From: Piromyces finnis finn
Lineage: Eukaryota > Fungi > Neocallimastigomycota
DNA: 64,000 nucleotides
Reading direction: 5' to 3'
Assembly (NCBI GenBank): GCA_002104945.1
Contig: MCFH01000044.1
Location: 186,001-250,000 of the forward strand
Numbering within the stretch: position 1 is the stretch's first letter; each line of letters starts with the position of its first letter. Positions 44,637-63,306 of this stretch are shown piece after piece. The notes below the pieces were generated by a model. That model was given only the letters and a program-made list of their open reading frames with translations. It did not search any database and was not told the DNA's origin. A program made the position numbers and the translations under genes.

Positions 44637-45988
44637 TTTATTGATTTTTTGATACATCAATCATTTTTTTCAATTAAACTAACTATATTTATTATTTAAA
44701 AAAATATTTGTTAATTATATTCAATCGAAAAGTATTTATCAATATACTTCAAAATAATAATAGAAGAAATAGATTTATTTTTTTTACTTGCATTTGTTTC
44801 ATTTAAATAATACTTTTATTAAAAAAAAAAAATATGTAATTTAACATTTATTAAATTTATTATGAAAAAATAGTATTATTTGTGATTTGTGTTACTTTTT
44901 TTCTAAAAGTAATTTTAATATTTAGAAATGATAAAATACTTCATTAAATTTAATTATATTTTTGTTAATCAATTTATATATATAATTATTTTCTATACAT
45001 TATCCTTTTTTTATATTTTATTATTAATACATTTTATAAACGAAACCTTTTTACTTTTATTTATTTAATTTTTTTTTTTTTCCTTTTGTTTATTTATTTA
45101 TTTATTTATTTACTTATTTATATATATATATATATATAACAGATTGTTTCTATTTATTTAAAAACATTATTTCGCATTAGAAATACAAGCAACAACGTAA
45201 ACATATAAAAGAAAATTATAATTATAATAATAAATTTATAAAAATAAAAAATGTATTTATTACAAAATACAAAATAATAAATATTAATTTTTTTTTTTTT
45301 TTAATTTTTAGTTTTATTTTTATTTATAAGCATTATTGTTATTTATTGTTATTGCTGTATTTGATGTATATTAAGTATAAAAAAAAATAATAATAATTTA
45401 TATTTAAACATTTATAAATGTTTTTTTTTAACTGTGATTTGAAACGGCAATTTATAGATTCTTAATTAAATAAGAATGAAATGTAAAAATATATTATATA
45501 CATAATATATTAATTTAAATTAATTTATATTAATATTTAATTATTACACATTACATATATTTTTACATTTCACTTATTTTAACATATTGTTCTTAACTTT
45601 AGAAATATTGAAAGATAATAAAAATTTAAATTTTATTATTCAATATAATTTTATTTAAAGAATTTTTATATTTAGGAAGTAAGTATTTATTAATAACAAT
45701 TGTAAATTAAATATATATATAATAAATATTTTAATAATATTTAATTTTTCTTTTTTTTTTTAAATTTTTTATTTATTAAAAGAAATAAACAAGTATGAAA
45801 ATATTTATGTAAGTCTTTTTATTGAAATAGTAATAAATCAGCAATATTATAATAAGTAATATTATTATAAATCAATAATTCAGATAATATTCACATCGAT
45901 AACACGATAGAGTTTATGAAAATTTATTTAATTAATGAATAATTTTTATATATTATTCATTCTATTCATTTTAACAATAATGACTAAT

Positions 45989-46026
<38 letters not shown>

Positions 46027-46476
46027 CTTCAATTATTAATAATTATATTCTACAACAATAAAACTAATAGTATTCAAAGCTAAAAAATAAAATATATTTT
46101 CCATTAAAAAAAATAATAATAAATAAATTTTCAAACTATAATAAACAACTATCTATATATAAATATATATTTATATATCATAAAATATTTATTACTTATG
46201 AAAATACTATATAATTTATAAAAGTTTTTTACTATAAAAAAAAATAATAATAATTTAGACCGATATATTAAAATTATAATAGTCATAATAATATGATTAT
46301 AAATAAAATAATATATAATTAATTTTATTATTTTTCTTTTTCATATTGTAATTAATTACAATAAATATAAACCTTAAAATTAATTCATTAAAAGATAATA
46401 ACACGAAAGTAAAGAAAATAATAGTAATAAAAGACAAAATAAAATAAAGGAAAAGGGAAAATAGAAAAAAATAAAC

Positions 46477-51556
<5,080 letters not shown>

Positions 51557-52809
51557 AATTACTGAAATGAATTCGTCAAAAAAACAATAACTATAAATAT
51601 ACTAATTAAAAAATATAAATAAAAAAATTATAATGAATAAATAAATAAACAAAGCAAATAAAATATTTTTTTTTAAAATTCAAGTATAGTTAAAATAAAT
51701 ATATTAATAATTAAATATATATATATATATTTATTAAATTTATAATATAAACAAAAATCCAAGTTAGCATTTTTTAAAAATAAACACGAATAATATATAT
51801 TCTCTTCAAATGTCAAATATTAAAAATGAATAAAGCATATAGATTAAATAAAAATAATTTTATGTAATTAATAATGATCCAATGTTTTTCTAAAAAAAGA
51901 AATTATGCAACATCACTAAAATGTTTAAATACATAGATAAGTTGTTTTTTTTTTTTGTTTTTTTTGTAAAGAATATATAACATTACTTTACTATTAACTA
52001 AACTAATTATTTATTTTGTTATATCAATCAATAATAAATATTAATTAATGATATAAAAAATTAAGCGAAAAGTAATTTTTAACATTTTCCCTCATATTTT
52101 TGTATACACAATATTTTTCTTAATAATAGTAATATCTGTTTTTATAATTTAGATCGGTATGTTGAACCTCTTATATTTAATTATTTCATTATTTTTAATT
52201 AAAAAAATAATTTTATTTTATATATTAAATGCTAAGTGGATAAATGAATTAAAAATTTAATTTTATTTTTTTTTTTTATTTATTTAATCCTGAAAAATTT
52301 TTTGTTTTATTTTTTTTAAATAAATAAATAAATAAAACATTGGACTCTTTATATATTAATATACATAAATACTTAGATAAAGAAATAAAAAGAGGGGAGA
52401 AATAATAAAATTAGCTAGTAATAATAATAAACTATAAGAAAAAAATATTACATTAAATATAATAATAAAATAAGTATTAAATTTTTATTTATTTTCTATA
52501 TTTTCTAAAATATAAAAGTATTTCAATTTTAATGTTTAAAAAAAAAAAATAAAAAAAACATTTTTGTTATTGAATAACTTAACAGCATTTAAAAGGAAAA
52601 TTACTTTTTTTAAATAAAAAAATTATCCTTTATTTATTTTAATATAACAATATTTTAATAAAAAAATACTATAAATTTTTTTCTAAGCTTATCATAAATA
52701 TATTTAATTATATATATTTAATAATAGTCTATTTTTCTTTTATGTTTAATAAGTAAATTATAATATAATAAAATAGAAAAACTAATAAAAAAATTAAATA
52801 ATCAATAAA

Positions 52810-55800
52810 ATGGGTAAAAAGTCAAAATACCAGAATTTAGAAAATGAAGATGATAACAATAAAACAATAAAAGCAAATTATCATTTTCCACAAATGGTGA
52901 AAATGGTATTTCCAGAATATGGACAAACCATAAATAGAAAAAAATATAAAAACATAATATGGTTTCAATTACTTATACTTATAGTCATGTTTTCTGGTGT
53001 TTTAATTTTTTCACAAGGTTTTTTATTAACTCGTAGAGCACTGGAAAATGATAATAAATGTAATTTGATAAAACAGGGAAATTTATGGAATCAAAAATTT
53101 AATAACATTACAAATTCAATTCAAATAGAATATAATCAATCTAATGTTGAAGAGACTTGTTGGTATCCTAGACGTTATAAAAAAGCGGTTATTTTAATTA
53201 TTGATGCCTTAAGATTTGATTTTATGAATTGGGAAGATGACCCAAAAAAAATAGACCCTTACTATTCCAATAAATTAACTGTTATTCATAAATTATTAAC
53301 AAAACAACCAAATAATTCTCTCCAGTTCTTATTTAAATCTGACCCACCAACCACCACAATGCAAAGACTTAAAGGTTTACATACAGGTACATTACCAACA
53401 TTTATAGATGCAGGTAAAAATTTTGCGGCAGAATCGATAACAGAAGACAATCTAATTAAAAAAATAGTTGACAATGGAAAAAAAATTAAATTTATGGGTG
53501 ATGATACATGGATGGGATTATTTGGAGATTATTTGGATGAAAAAAGTATTCCATGTGATTCATTAAATGTGTGGGATTTATATAGTGTAGATAATAAAAT
53601 TAAAGAAAATTTGTTCCCATCATTAAGACAAAAAGAAAAGGATTGGGATGTCTTAGTTGCTCACTTTTTAGGTGTAGATCATTGTGGTCATCGTTATAAT
53701 CCTAGCAATGAACATATGGATTCAAAATTAAATGAAATGAACAGTGTTATTGAAAATGTAATTGAAGAAATTGATGATGATACCCTTTTAGTTATTTTTG
53801 GTGATCACGGAATGAGCACCGAGGGCGATCATGGAGGTGAAAGTTTAGATGAGCTTAATGCTGGTTTATTTTTATATAATAAAAAGGGATTTTTCGATGA
53901 AAACTATAATAAAAAGTATTTTGAAGAATTTTTAAAAGAATTAAAGCCGATTGAAATTGAAACTGAAAATGAGGCTTTTAGAACTATACCTCAAATTGAT
54001 TATGCTTCAACTTTAGCATTATTACTTGGTTTACCAATTCCTTTCCAAAATATTGGAACAATCATTCCCGAATTGTTTTGGTATCCTTCACCATATGGTA
54101 ATAATGAAAAGATTGAAGCTAATATTTTACAAAATATAATGGAAGCACTAAGAATAAATACTTTTCAAATACAGAATTTTGTTGATACTTATTATGAAAG
54201 TAACAAGAAAACAAGAGATTTATACAATGAAAGATATGAAATATTAGAAAAAAGGTTGAATATGTTTATTGAAAATCATAAAGAAGGAAAATTTGATGAT
54301 GACATTGAAGAACTAAAAAGTATTATTTTAGAATATATTTCATATAATCGTCAAACTTTACATTCCTTTAGACAAGTTTGGGCTACTTTTAATGTTCCGC
54401 TTTTTACTTTTGGTTTCATTATTTTAATTCTTGCTATTATTTGTGAAATTATTTATATATCTAGTGAACACAATGTAGTTGAATTTAATTTAACTCATCA
54501 CTTTTGGTTTCCAGTGGGCTGCGGTTCAATCTTTACTCTTTTAATTGACTATGGTATTTTCGATAAAGTTGTTAAATCACTTTTTAATGTTGTTATTACC
54601 TTTGAACCATATCAAATGATACTAGGTGGTTTTTCATTTGGTGCTTGCGTTGGATATATTATAAGTTATATTATTAAAAGTAATGGAAGAAAATCAATCA
54701 TTAATCATTTAAAATCGGTTATTTATGATAATACATTTGAACTCTTTCCACTTATCCTTATATTTGGTCATGGTTTTCTTATGAACTCTGATAGTTATAT
54801 TATATATGAAGATTCTATAACTCAATATGTTTTACAGTCATTTGGTATTTACTTAATATATAGAGCTTTCTTACAACAGCTCCCACAAGTTAGAAATAAA
54901 ATGATTACATATTCTGTTATTTTTATGGTCCTTATTAGAATTTCATCCTATTATGATTTATGTAGAGTTGAAAAAACAGGAAAATGTAAAACAACATTTA
55001 AAACTTCTATTCCTAACTATTTTTTATTCTTTGTTAGTTTAGCATTCTTCCCTTATATCTTAAAAAAAATAATGAAAGAGAACTTTCATAATGCTTCAAA
55101 ATATATAATAAAATATTTAATTCCATGTGGTTTAATTTTAGCTGCTATTTATTGGGGTATTGATACTCTTGAGGAATTAAATGGGATTTCAAAAAATCTA
55201 GAATTTTTGATAAATATGAAATTTAATGTTGCTCGTTATGGTTACACTATTATCCCAATTCTTTCCCTTGGGGTTTGGGCATTCTTCCCAATTACATTTG
55301 ATTCAAAAGTAGAACCATCTAAAAATATGAGTAAAAATATATTAAATTTTTATGGTATTAAAAATCATTTGGGTAGTTCTTATTTATTATTCCTTGCTAT
55401 TATAATTATGAGCATTATTCAAGTCTCAAAACCTATTAGTAGCTTAAATATAGTATTATGTTTCTGTTCATTTATGTGTGTGATGGAAATTTTTGCCCTT
55501 GAAAAAGAATGTCAAGAATTGATGAACAGTGCTGAAACTCTATGGAATTCAAAACCTAGAGAAGAAAAAAAAATATTATTGGAAAAAAGCAGTGAGGAAT
55601 TATTAAATGAAGTATCTAAAAAAGGTGGATCTTCTAATCCTAATTCAAATGCAGTAATAGAAAATGCTGATCCTAATAAATATATATACACTTTCAAAAC
55701 TAAAAATGGTTCCTACATGCGAATATCTCATAAGGAAATGCTTGATATTTCTTATAAAAATATATCTTCTTCCTTTAATGTTCCATTATCATACGTTACC

Positions 55801-56298
55801 TTAACATCCTTCCTTACACTCCATATATTTTTTAGAACTAGTCATCAAGCTACCTTACAATCAATTGATTGGTCTCTTGCTTTTATCGGTCAAAAGGAGT
55901 TAAACTTTGTCAAAGCAGGTTTTAATTTAATTTTGAATATTCTTTCAGGACCTATTATTGGCTGTTTCTTTGTTCCATTACTTGTTTTCTGGAAACAAGA
56001 AACTACCAACAATAACGAAAAGCCAATGGTTAAATCTATCAGTAAAGCATTTATAAAATATTCTTTAGCTTATAGCGTCTCACAAGTGTTTTCAATTATT
56101 TCTGCTGGTAATCATAAAAGGCATTTAATGTTATGGAGTGTGTTTGCTCCAAGATATATGATTGGTGGTATTACTTTATGTTTTATCCCACTTCTTTGCC
56201 TTGTTGCTACCTTTATAATCATTATTATGGTTAGAGGTGTTAATAAACATTTAAAAAAAATAGAAGAAGTTAATAATAAATTATCAATAAATAAATAA
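52810..56298 (+). CDS. GPI13: GPI ethanolamine phosphate transferase 3 (Gpi13/PIG-O)
   Basis: Intronless 1162-aa ORF with GFLLTR, ILIIDALRFDF, DPPTTTMQRLKGL, HFLGVDHCGH, GDHGM..GDHGG, QIDYASTLALLLGLPIPF, many TM segments and RHLMLWSVFAPRY. Confidence 0.93.
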   Translation: MGKKSKYQNLENEDDNNKTIKANYHFPQMVKMVFPEYGQTINRKKYKNIIWFQLLILIVMFSGVLIFSQGFLLTRRALENDNKCNLIKQGNLWNQKFNNITNSIQIEYNQSNVEETCWYPRRYKKAVILIIDALRFDFMNWEDDPKKIDPYYSNKLTVIHKLLTKQPNNSLQFLFKSDPPTTTMQRLKGLHTGTLPTFIDAGKNFAAESITEDNLIKKIVDNGKKIKFMGDDTWMGLFGDYLDEKSIPCDSLNVWDLYSVDNKIKENLFPSLRQKEKDWDVLVAHFLGVDHCGHRYNPSNEHMDSKLNEMNSVIENVIEEIDDDTLLVIFGDHGMSTEGDHGGESLDELNAGLFLYNKKGFFDENYNKKYFEEFLKELKPIEIETENEAFRTIPQIDYASTLALLLGLPIPFQNIGTIIPELFWYPSPYGNNEKIEANILQNIMEALRINTFQIQNFVDTYYESNKKTRDLYNERYEILEKRLNMFIENHKEGKFDDDIEELKSIILEYISYNRQTLHSFRQVWATFNVPLFTFGFIILILAIICEIIYISSEHNVVEFNLTHHFWFPVGCGSIFTLLIDYGIFDKVVKSLFNVVITFEPYQMILGGFSFGACVGYIISYIIKSNGRKSIINHLKSVIYDNTFELFPLILIFGHGFLMNSDSYIIYEDSITQYVLQSFGIYLIYRAFLQQLPQVRNKMITYSVIFMVLIRISSYYDLCRVEKTGKCKTTFKTSIPNYFLFFVSLAFFPYILKKIMKENFHNASKYIIKYLIPCGLILAAIYWGIDTLEELNGISKNLEFLINMKFNVARYGYTIIPILSLGVWAFFPITFDSKVEPSKNMSKNILNFYGIKNHLGSSYLLFLAIIIMSIIQVSKPISSLNIVLCFCSFMCVMEIFALEKECQELMNSAETLWNSKPREEKKILLEKSSEELLNEVSKKGGSSNPNSNAVIENADPNKYIYTFKTKNGSYMRISHKEMLDISYKNISSSFNVPLSYVTLTSFLTLHIFFRTSHQATLQSIDWSLAFIGQKELNFVKAGFNLILNILSGPIIGCFFVPLLVFWKQETTNNNEKPMVKSISKAFIKYSLAYSVSQVFSIISAGNHKRHLMLWSVFAPRYMIGGITLCFIPLLCLVATFIIIIMVRGVNKHLKKIEEVNNKLSINK

Positions 56299-56836
56299 AA
56301 AAGAATAAATAAAATTATATACTTCAAGCAATAGAAAATAACTAATATATATACATATAAATAATAATAAAGTATTGGAATTCAATATGAAAATATATAT
56401 ATATAAATTAATATTTATATAATACTAATTTAACATAATTTTTCAAAATAATATAATTATACATATAATATAAATATATATTAAATATGTCACTATTTAA
56501 CATTAAATTAAAAACAAGAAATAGAATTTATATAAAAAATGTGTATATTATAATATTAAATAATAAAACACACTATAAAAAAAAAATAAAATAAAACATA
56601 AAACATTAATTCAAACATATTTTTATACTATTTATAACTTTTTTTTTTATTAGTTTTAATAATTTTATTAAAAAACTATACTAGATTTTACTCTTTTACA
56701 TATATAAATCAAAAGTTATTTTTATAATGAAATAATGAAAAAGTAAAAACATAAGTTTTTATAATTCTATTATATATTTATAATATATATCTACTAAATG
56801 AAAAAAAATATATCCTTTTTTCTTCTTAATTCAATT

Positions 56837-57697
56837 TTAATTGGTCTTACTTTCTTCTCTTAATCTTTTTATAATTTTTCTAAATGAGAATGGTGTAAAT
56901 TTGTAACCAACACCAGCAAAGAACTTAGAATTCTAAAAAATAAATATAAATACAACAAATTGGTGTTATTGGTACATTAATATTGTGATATATTATTATT
57001 ACGTCAATAATTATAATAATAAAAGTAGAATAATTGAATGTATAAATAATCCAATAAATTAAAATGAACAACTTACAAATTCAACCCAATGTAAACGAAG
57101 AGCATGAAGGAAAGCAGATAAACCTTCCATAAGTAAAAGAATTGCAACTGTTAAAGTAAACCATGCTGCAAAGATCGCGAAAATAGCTATAGTTCTAACT
57201 ACTGGATTTTCAAAGTTGAATGCCATATCTAATAACATATTCCATAAAACTTCAGATAATTCTATATATTTGAAAATATATTATACGTTAATATATAAAA
57301 CATTTTTTTATTATAAAAAGTAAAAAAAAATGTCCTTACGTCCGTGAGCAAGAGATAAGGCCCATAAACGAAGATAAGAAGCTGTGTGTGAAATACCACT
57401 TAAACAATATTCAATTGTACCAACAGCACGGTTAATAAATTCATCAGAGAAATTAAATTCCTATTATTTTATTATTATTAAAACAAATAAAAATTTATTA
57501 TTTAGATTTATAATCATAAATCAATATTTTTAATTCTTTAAATTACTTTTGGAGCATATTCTTCTTCAATATCTTCATTAATTTCAAGAGGTTTGTCGTT
57601 CTTATGTTTCATCTTTAAAGCAAATGGTTTGTATAACAATAACCATGGAATACAAATAACAGCAAGTAACACAAGAATCAATTGAATTGTAGCCTAT

Positions 57698-57733
<36 letters not shown>

Positions 57734-60700
57734 ACAAATATTAGTAAATTAAAAATTAATTACATATAAAATAAAATGAAAACTTTCTCTATTGTATAAT
57801 TTAAAGATATTTACCTGACCACTATATAATTGTTCATCTTCTTCAACATTACCAGGACTTAAGAACATGTTAATTAACATGTTTAATAAACTTGGTGGGT
57901 TACCACCAGTCCAGTCAGTACACCACTTATAAACAATTGTAAAGGCAAGATAACCGAAAATTGAAATCATAAAGATTAATTCTGGAATGAAAACACCAAC
58001 TATATTAATTGCACTTCTAAAATGAGCAAAATTGAATACACTAAGAATAGTACCAAAAATCATCTATTATTTTAATAACAAATAAAGATTTGGAATATAT
58101 ATCAATTATACTATTATTTAAAAATATTAATAAAATAAAATAGCATTATTACATGAATAACACCAATAACAACAGACATTTTCATTTTGTATGAATTCAT
58201 GAAAATAAGCTTGTTCTCAGCATCTAACCATGCCTAATAAAAATAAGTGATATTAATAAAAAAAGTTATATATTTAAATTTGTTTAATATATAATATATA
58301 ATACATACTGGATCCATTCCAAATGGATAAGCATTCTTAAATTGTGAAAGATCACCAGATTGATTAATAAAACCTTCTTCATCTGGAGTACCTTGGTTTT
58401 CCCATACCCAATTCTTAGTGCTAAAAAGACTAAGTGGTTTAGCAAACATTTCATTATAAACAAAACCAGTATAAATAGAAAAAGCACCCATTAATAATAC
58501 AACATATCTACCACTGAATAACATACTGAATATCTTCAATAAAATTAAAATAAAAATAGATAAATAAAAATTAATAAAAAAAATAATATTATATTATTAT
58601 TAAATTAAACTATAATTATTTATATATGAAATACTATTATTTGTATTATAATAACATATCTTGTATAAAAAGTATTTCAATAATTCACTTACTTCATTAT
58701 CAATAAGTGCTAACTGTTTTTCTTTAATACAAATAACAAGTGCGGCTAAGAACATTAAAATACCATGACCAATATCACCAAACATAATAGCAAATAAGAA
58801 TGGGAAAGTAATAATAGTATATAATGCTGGATTAATTTCACGATAACTAGCAATACCATATGAATCAACAATAGATTGGAAACACTTTGTGAATTTGTTA
58901 GTGATATTATATGTTGGCTTCAATCTAACAGTTTCTTTTTCATTTATAACAACACTTGTTGGCATTTTTCTCTCCTCCTTTAAAAATTAAGAATTTATTA
59001 CATATATATATATATATTAATTATAATGTCTTTTTTTTTTTTTTTTACTTTCCAAAATATTATTTAATAATATTGTTATTTTTTCACTTAAAGCTAATAA
59101 ATATTTGTTAATTATATTTACCATTGCTCTGCTAATAGTAGATCTAATTTCATCAATTTTGTTAGTTGGAACCCAACCTTCAGCAATAAGAGATTGTTGT
59201 TCATTTTTAAATAAATTCATTTGGCCATAAACACTTTTTTCTTTTCTAACTAAAATACTCCAATCATTAAGATCTTTTTGAATTTCACTTAATTGATCAA
59301 CTCGAGTTCTACGAGTTTGATCGAGAACCTTCTTAATATCAGATAATCTACTATTAACATCTTGCATGTTCTTGTTACGAGTATCCTTATCATCCGGAAC
59401 ATCATATATAACTGCATTAAAAGCATCACATATTCTCTTAATTTTATTAACTAACTCAGCACCATGAACCATAATAATGAAAACGTCTTCATATATTGGC
59501 TCACCATCATCAGTTGACTTTTCAATATTAGGTTCTTCAACTTCAATATGATGAAATAGCAAATTACCACGTAATGCTCTCCATACAATTTTTTGGAAAG
59601 AGTACACTTTATTTCTTTCGATAACCCCTGCAATTAATCTATATGGAAGTTTATCATTTCATATAATATTGTAATAATATTATATGAAATAAATAATTTG
59701 AATTTAAATATATTAATTCATTTTTATGAAAAAGAATAAATTCATTTAATAATTAAAAATAATGTTTTCTAATACCTAAAGTTTTTAGTGCTATTTGGAG
59801 TATGCTCAAGTAAAGTGGAATCTGGAATTTCAATTTGATTTTCATCAGACTTTTGTGAATCACCCTTATAATTACTATCTGTTAAATATTCATCAACTTT
59901 CTCTAGTACATTCTTTAATTGAATTAATTGAACATAACTCTTATTCATATTGTTTTGATTGGCATTGGATTCAATAAGCTTTATTTCATGCTGTTTAATC
60001 TTTTCTTTTAAAGTATCAATGGTTTCGTTTCCTGTAAATTTTGGATTGTGGTTGATATCTCTTTTAATTGGTGGTAAATTTTCATTTTTAATTTGAGATC
60101 TGAAAAATCCTTTTATTAATTTATAATTTTTATAATTTTATTATTTAAAAAAAATATATATTATTACTATTATTGTTAAAATCAAAAAAGAAGTTTTTTT
60201 CTTCGCTATTTTTTTAATACTAATTAAAAAAATTCTATATTACTTAATTCTCTTTCAATTTCATCGCATTTTCTAATTTCTTGAACGTAAACTTTTTGAA
60301 AAGCAGAAAGATTTCTATTTAACTATTATATTTAAAAAAATTATATTTATAATAATATATATTAATCTTTATTTTTATTTTCTTTTAATCCTTTAATTTT
60401 TTAAATAAAAATAAATTATAATATTTAGTATTTAATATAACAATTTAAATTATATATATTTAAAAACTCATTTCTATTCTATACTATCTATTGTGGAAGG
60501 ATTTTATTTAAGATTATTTGTACATTTATTAAATAAATATAATATATTCAAATTATTTTATAGACCCAATATCAACACCTACATCTACAAATTGAACAAG
60601 ACCAATTTCACCAATTTCACTAACAACATGTTTTGCAATTTCATTTGGAATGTAAAATTGTACATAGGACATAACTTCAGATCTAAGGAAGGAAGATTCA

Positions 60701-60735
60701 AGATCTTCCTTATGTTCATTCTCTTTACTAGTCAT
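56837..60735 (-). CDS. VPH1: V-type H+-ATPase V0 subunit a
   Basis: Multi-exon: [100 protein letters not shown] and [23 protein letters not shown]. Confidence 0.95.
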
Positions 60736-60851
60736 TTCTTTGTATAATATCTATATATTTTAATAGTAAAATAGATTAAGTAGAAAAAAGAAAAAAAAAT
60801 TTATCGATTGATAATTTTATATTAAATCCTAAATAAACTTTAATTTTATAT

Positions 60852-60882
<31 letters not shown>

Positions 60883-62055
60883 AAAGAAAAAAATATATAT
60901 TTATTATAATACCCTTATGAGAAAGTATTTACTCGAAATTATAAAAAAAGAAAATATAAAAATAAAAAAAAATTAAAAATATAATATAATTAAAAACAAG
61001 ATTTATAAAAATAATACTATATATAATTTAGATTAATTCTATTCATAATAGATTTTAATTTAATTTATTAGTTTTTGTATGATTTAATATTTAATGTATA
61101 TAAAATAAAATAATTTAATAATTTTAATTATTATAATTATATTTTATTTTCAAAGTATTATAAAAATAAAAATGATATTATTTAAAATTATATTTTAAAA
61201 ATGTTTTTAAGTACTATAAAAAAAAAGTCTCTATAAAATCTAAATTTAAACTCTAAATTCTTTTTTTAATAAGAACAAAATACAGATTTTTAATAATACA
61301 AATAACAATTGCATCATTCTATGATGTAATAAAAAAAAGTTTATATAGGAAACTATTTTTATTTTTTGCTTTTCAAAATATTATATAATATAATGTTAAT
61401 GTTATCTATATTTATTTTTTTATAAAAATATTTTTTAAGATAAAAATTTTGATATATAATTAATCATTCATTATTTAAATTTATGGATCATCCATTATTT
61501 TTTATATTTATATTAGTGAAATTTCATTAAAAATCATGATAAAACAACGATCTTATAATCTTATTTTTTAATATACTAAATTATTTTAATAAATATCCAT
61601 AATTTTCAATATTTTATTTTATTGACTACTTTATTTTTTGTCTAATATTTAAATGAAATATGTTTTTGTTATTTCATTTTATTATTAATAATCATTATAT
61701 TGATTTTTATATGGTGTTTAGATTTAAAATATTTCTTTCATATTAAAAAAAATAAAATAAAATAAAAATATATTAAAGGACTATATTTTTTTAAGATGTT
61801 ATTAACAAAAATTCATGAATTAACAAACCCTTTTCATTTTCAAATTTTTTGTATAAATGTACTCTAAACTAAATCTAAATATAAAATTAAAACATTAAAA
61901 AAAATGTTTTAATTTATCAAATTATATAATTACTCATTATTATATATTAAAATTTATTATGATTTGTGATAATATATTAATTAATTTATTATATGGAAAA
62001 TATATATTTTATTAGTATTGTGATAAATGAATTAACTTTACCAAATTTTAAAAAC

Positions 62056-62079
62056 ATGTCAATATGTCAATATGTCAAT
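62056..62079. repeat. Perfect 8-bp tandem repeat (ATGTCAAT)x3
   Basis: atgtcaat-atgtcaat-atgtcaat read directly in the VPH1/mannosyltransferase intergenic region. Confidence 0.85.
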
Positions 62080-63306
62080 ATATATAAGAAAAATTAAAGG
62101 AATGTTAAAAGAATAGGTTATTACATTTACTAGACCAGCAATATTTTTAAGAATTTTTAAGCATTATCTTATTTTATGCGATCCATAGTAAAGATTACTA
62201 CTAGTTAATAAATACTAAAAAATAAAAGAAAAATATTAATAAAAATAAAAGAATGTAATGTTTTTTATTGTTAAAAGGTAATTAAATTTTAAATTATTAT
62301 TATAATATAATTATATTAATTTATAAATAAACTTTTTTTTCTTATAATTAAATACATTTATAAAATTATATATAATATTTTATATTTCATTTTCTCTCAT
62401 AATATGAATATTATGAACATTTATGAATATAATTTAAATATACCTGCTTCTTCAATTTATTAATCTTCATTTTCCAATTAACTTTTTCCTCAAGCTCTAA
62501 CGATTTGTTTTAAATCATTTTTCATTTATATTTAATTTAAAAATATATTAATAAATAAGGTTCATCATTCGTTATTATTTGTATATTTATCGGTTTTATA
62601 ATTAGTATTGTTTTTTTTTATGTAATATTATATAATAATTTTTTTATTTTTATTTTTAATATTAAATAAATAAAATAAAAAAAATAAAAAATTAAAAAAA
62701 AATAAAAAAATAAAAAAAAAAAGGATAAATATTCTTTTTGAATATTTAACAATCTAAATTAGATGAAAGAATAGAATATTGGATTATTTTATATAACCTA
62801 TTTACATTAATATTTATTTTCATTAATATTAAAGCATAATAGGCCCGAGAAAAGAATTTTAAGAAAAATAAAGATTAAAAAAATTATACTTTATATTTAA
62901 ATAAATACAATTTCGTATCAAATAATATAAATAATTAATCATTAATAATCATCATTGAAAGAAACAACTTCAAATATTTTGGATATTGTTATTCTCAAAG
63001 TCAAACAAAAGTTTCTATTATTCCATATTACATGATATTTGGATATAATATTTTTAAAATATATATATATATATATAAATCCAACAATTAAAGAATTTTA
63101 ACAATAAAAGATTCTAAATAACTCTTTGTTTATTCTCTATTGTTTTTAATTTAAAAAATATTTGCTGGCATATATAATAAAAACAATAATAAAAATAATA
63201 ATATCAAATTTTAAGAAATATAAAGTTGGAAAATTAAATTATAAATTAACAATTATATACATAGACATCTTAAAAATATATAAAGTAATAAAAAGTAGAT
63301 AAAAAA

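Noticed and set aside
62950-63060. YSQSQTKVSIIPYYMIFGY faintly resembles a Ty3/gypsy integrase C-terminal motif
   Set aside because: Too short, with no DDE core, LTR or other retroelement sequence nearby.
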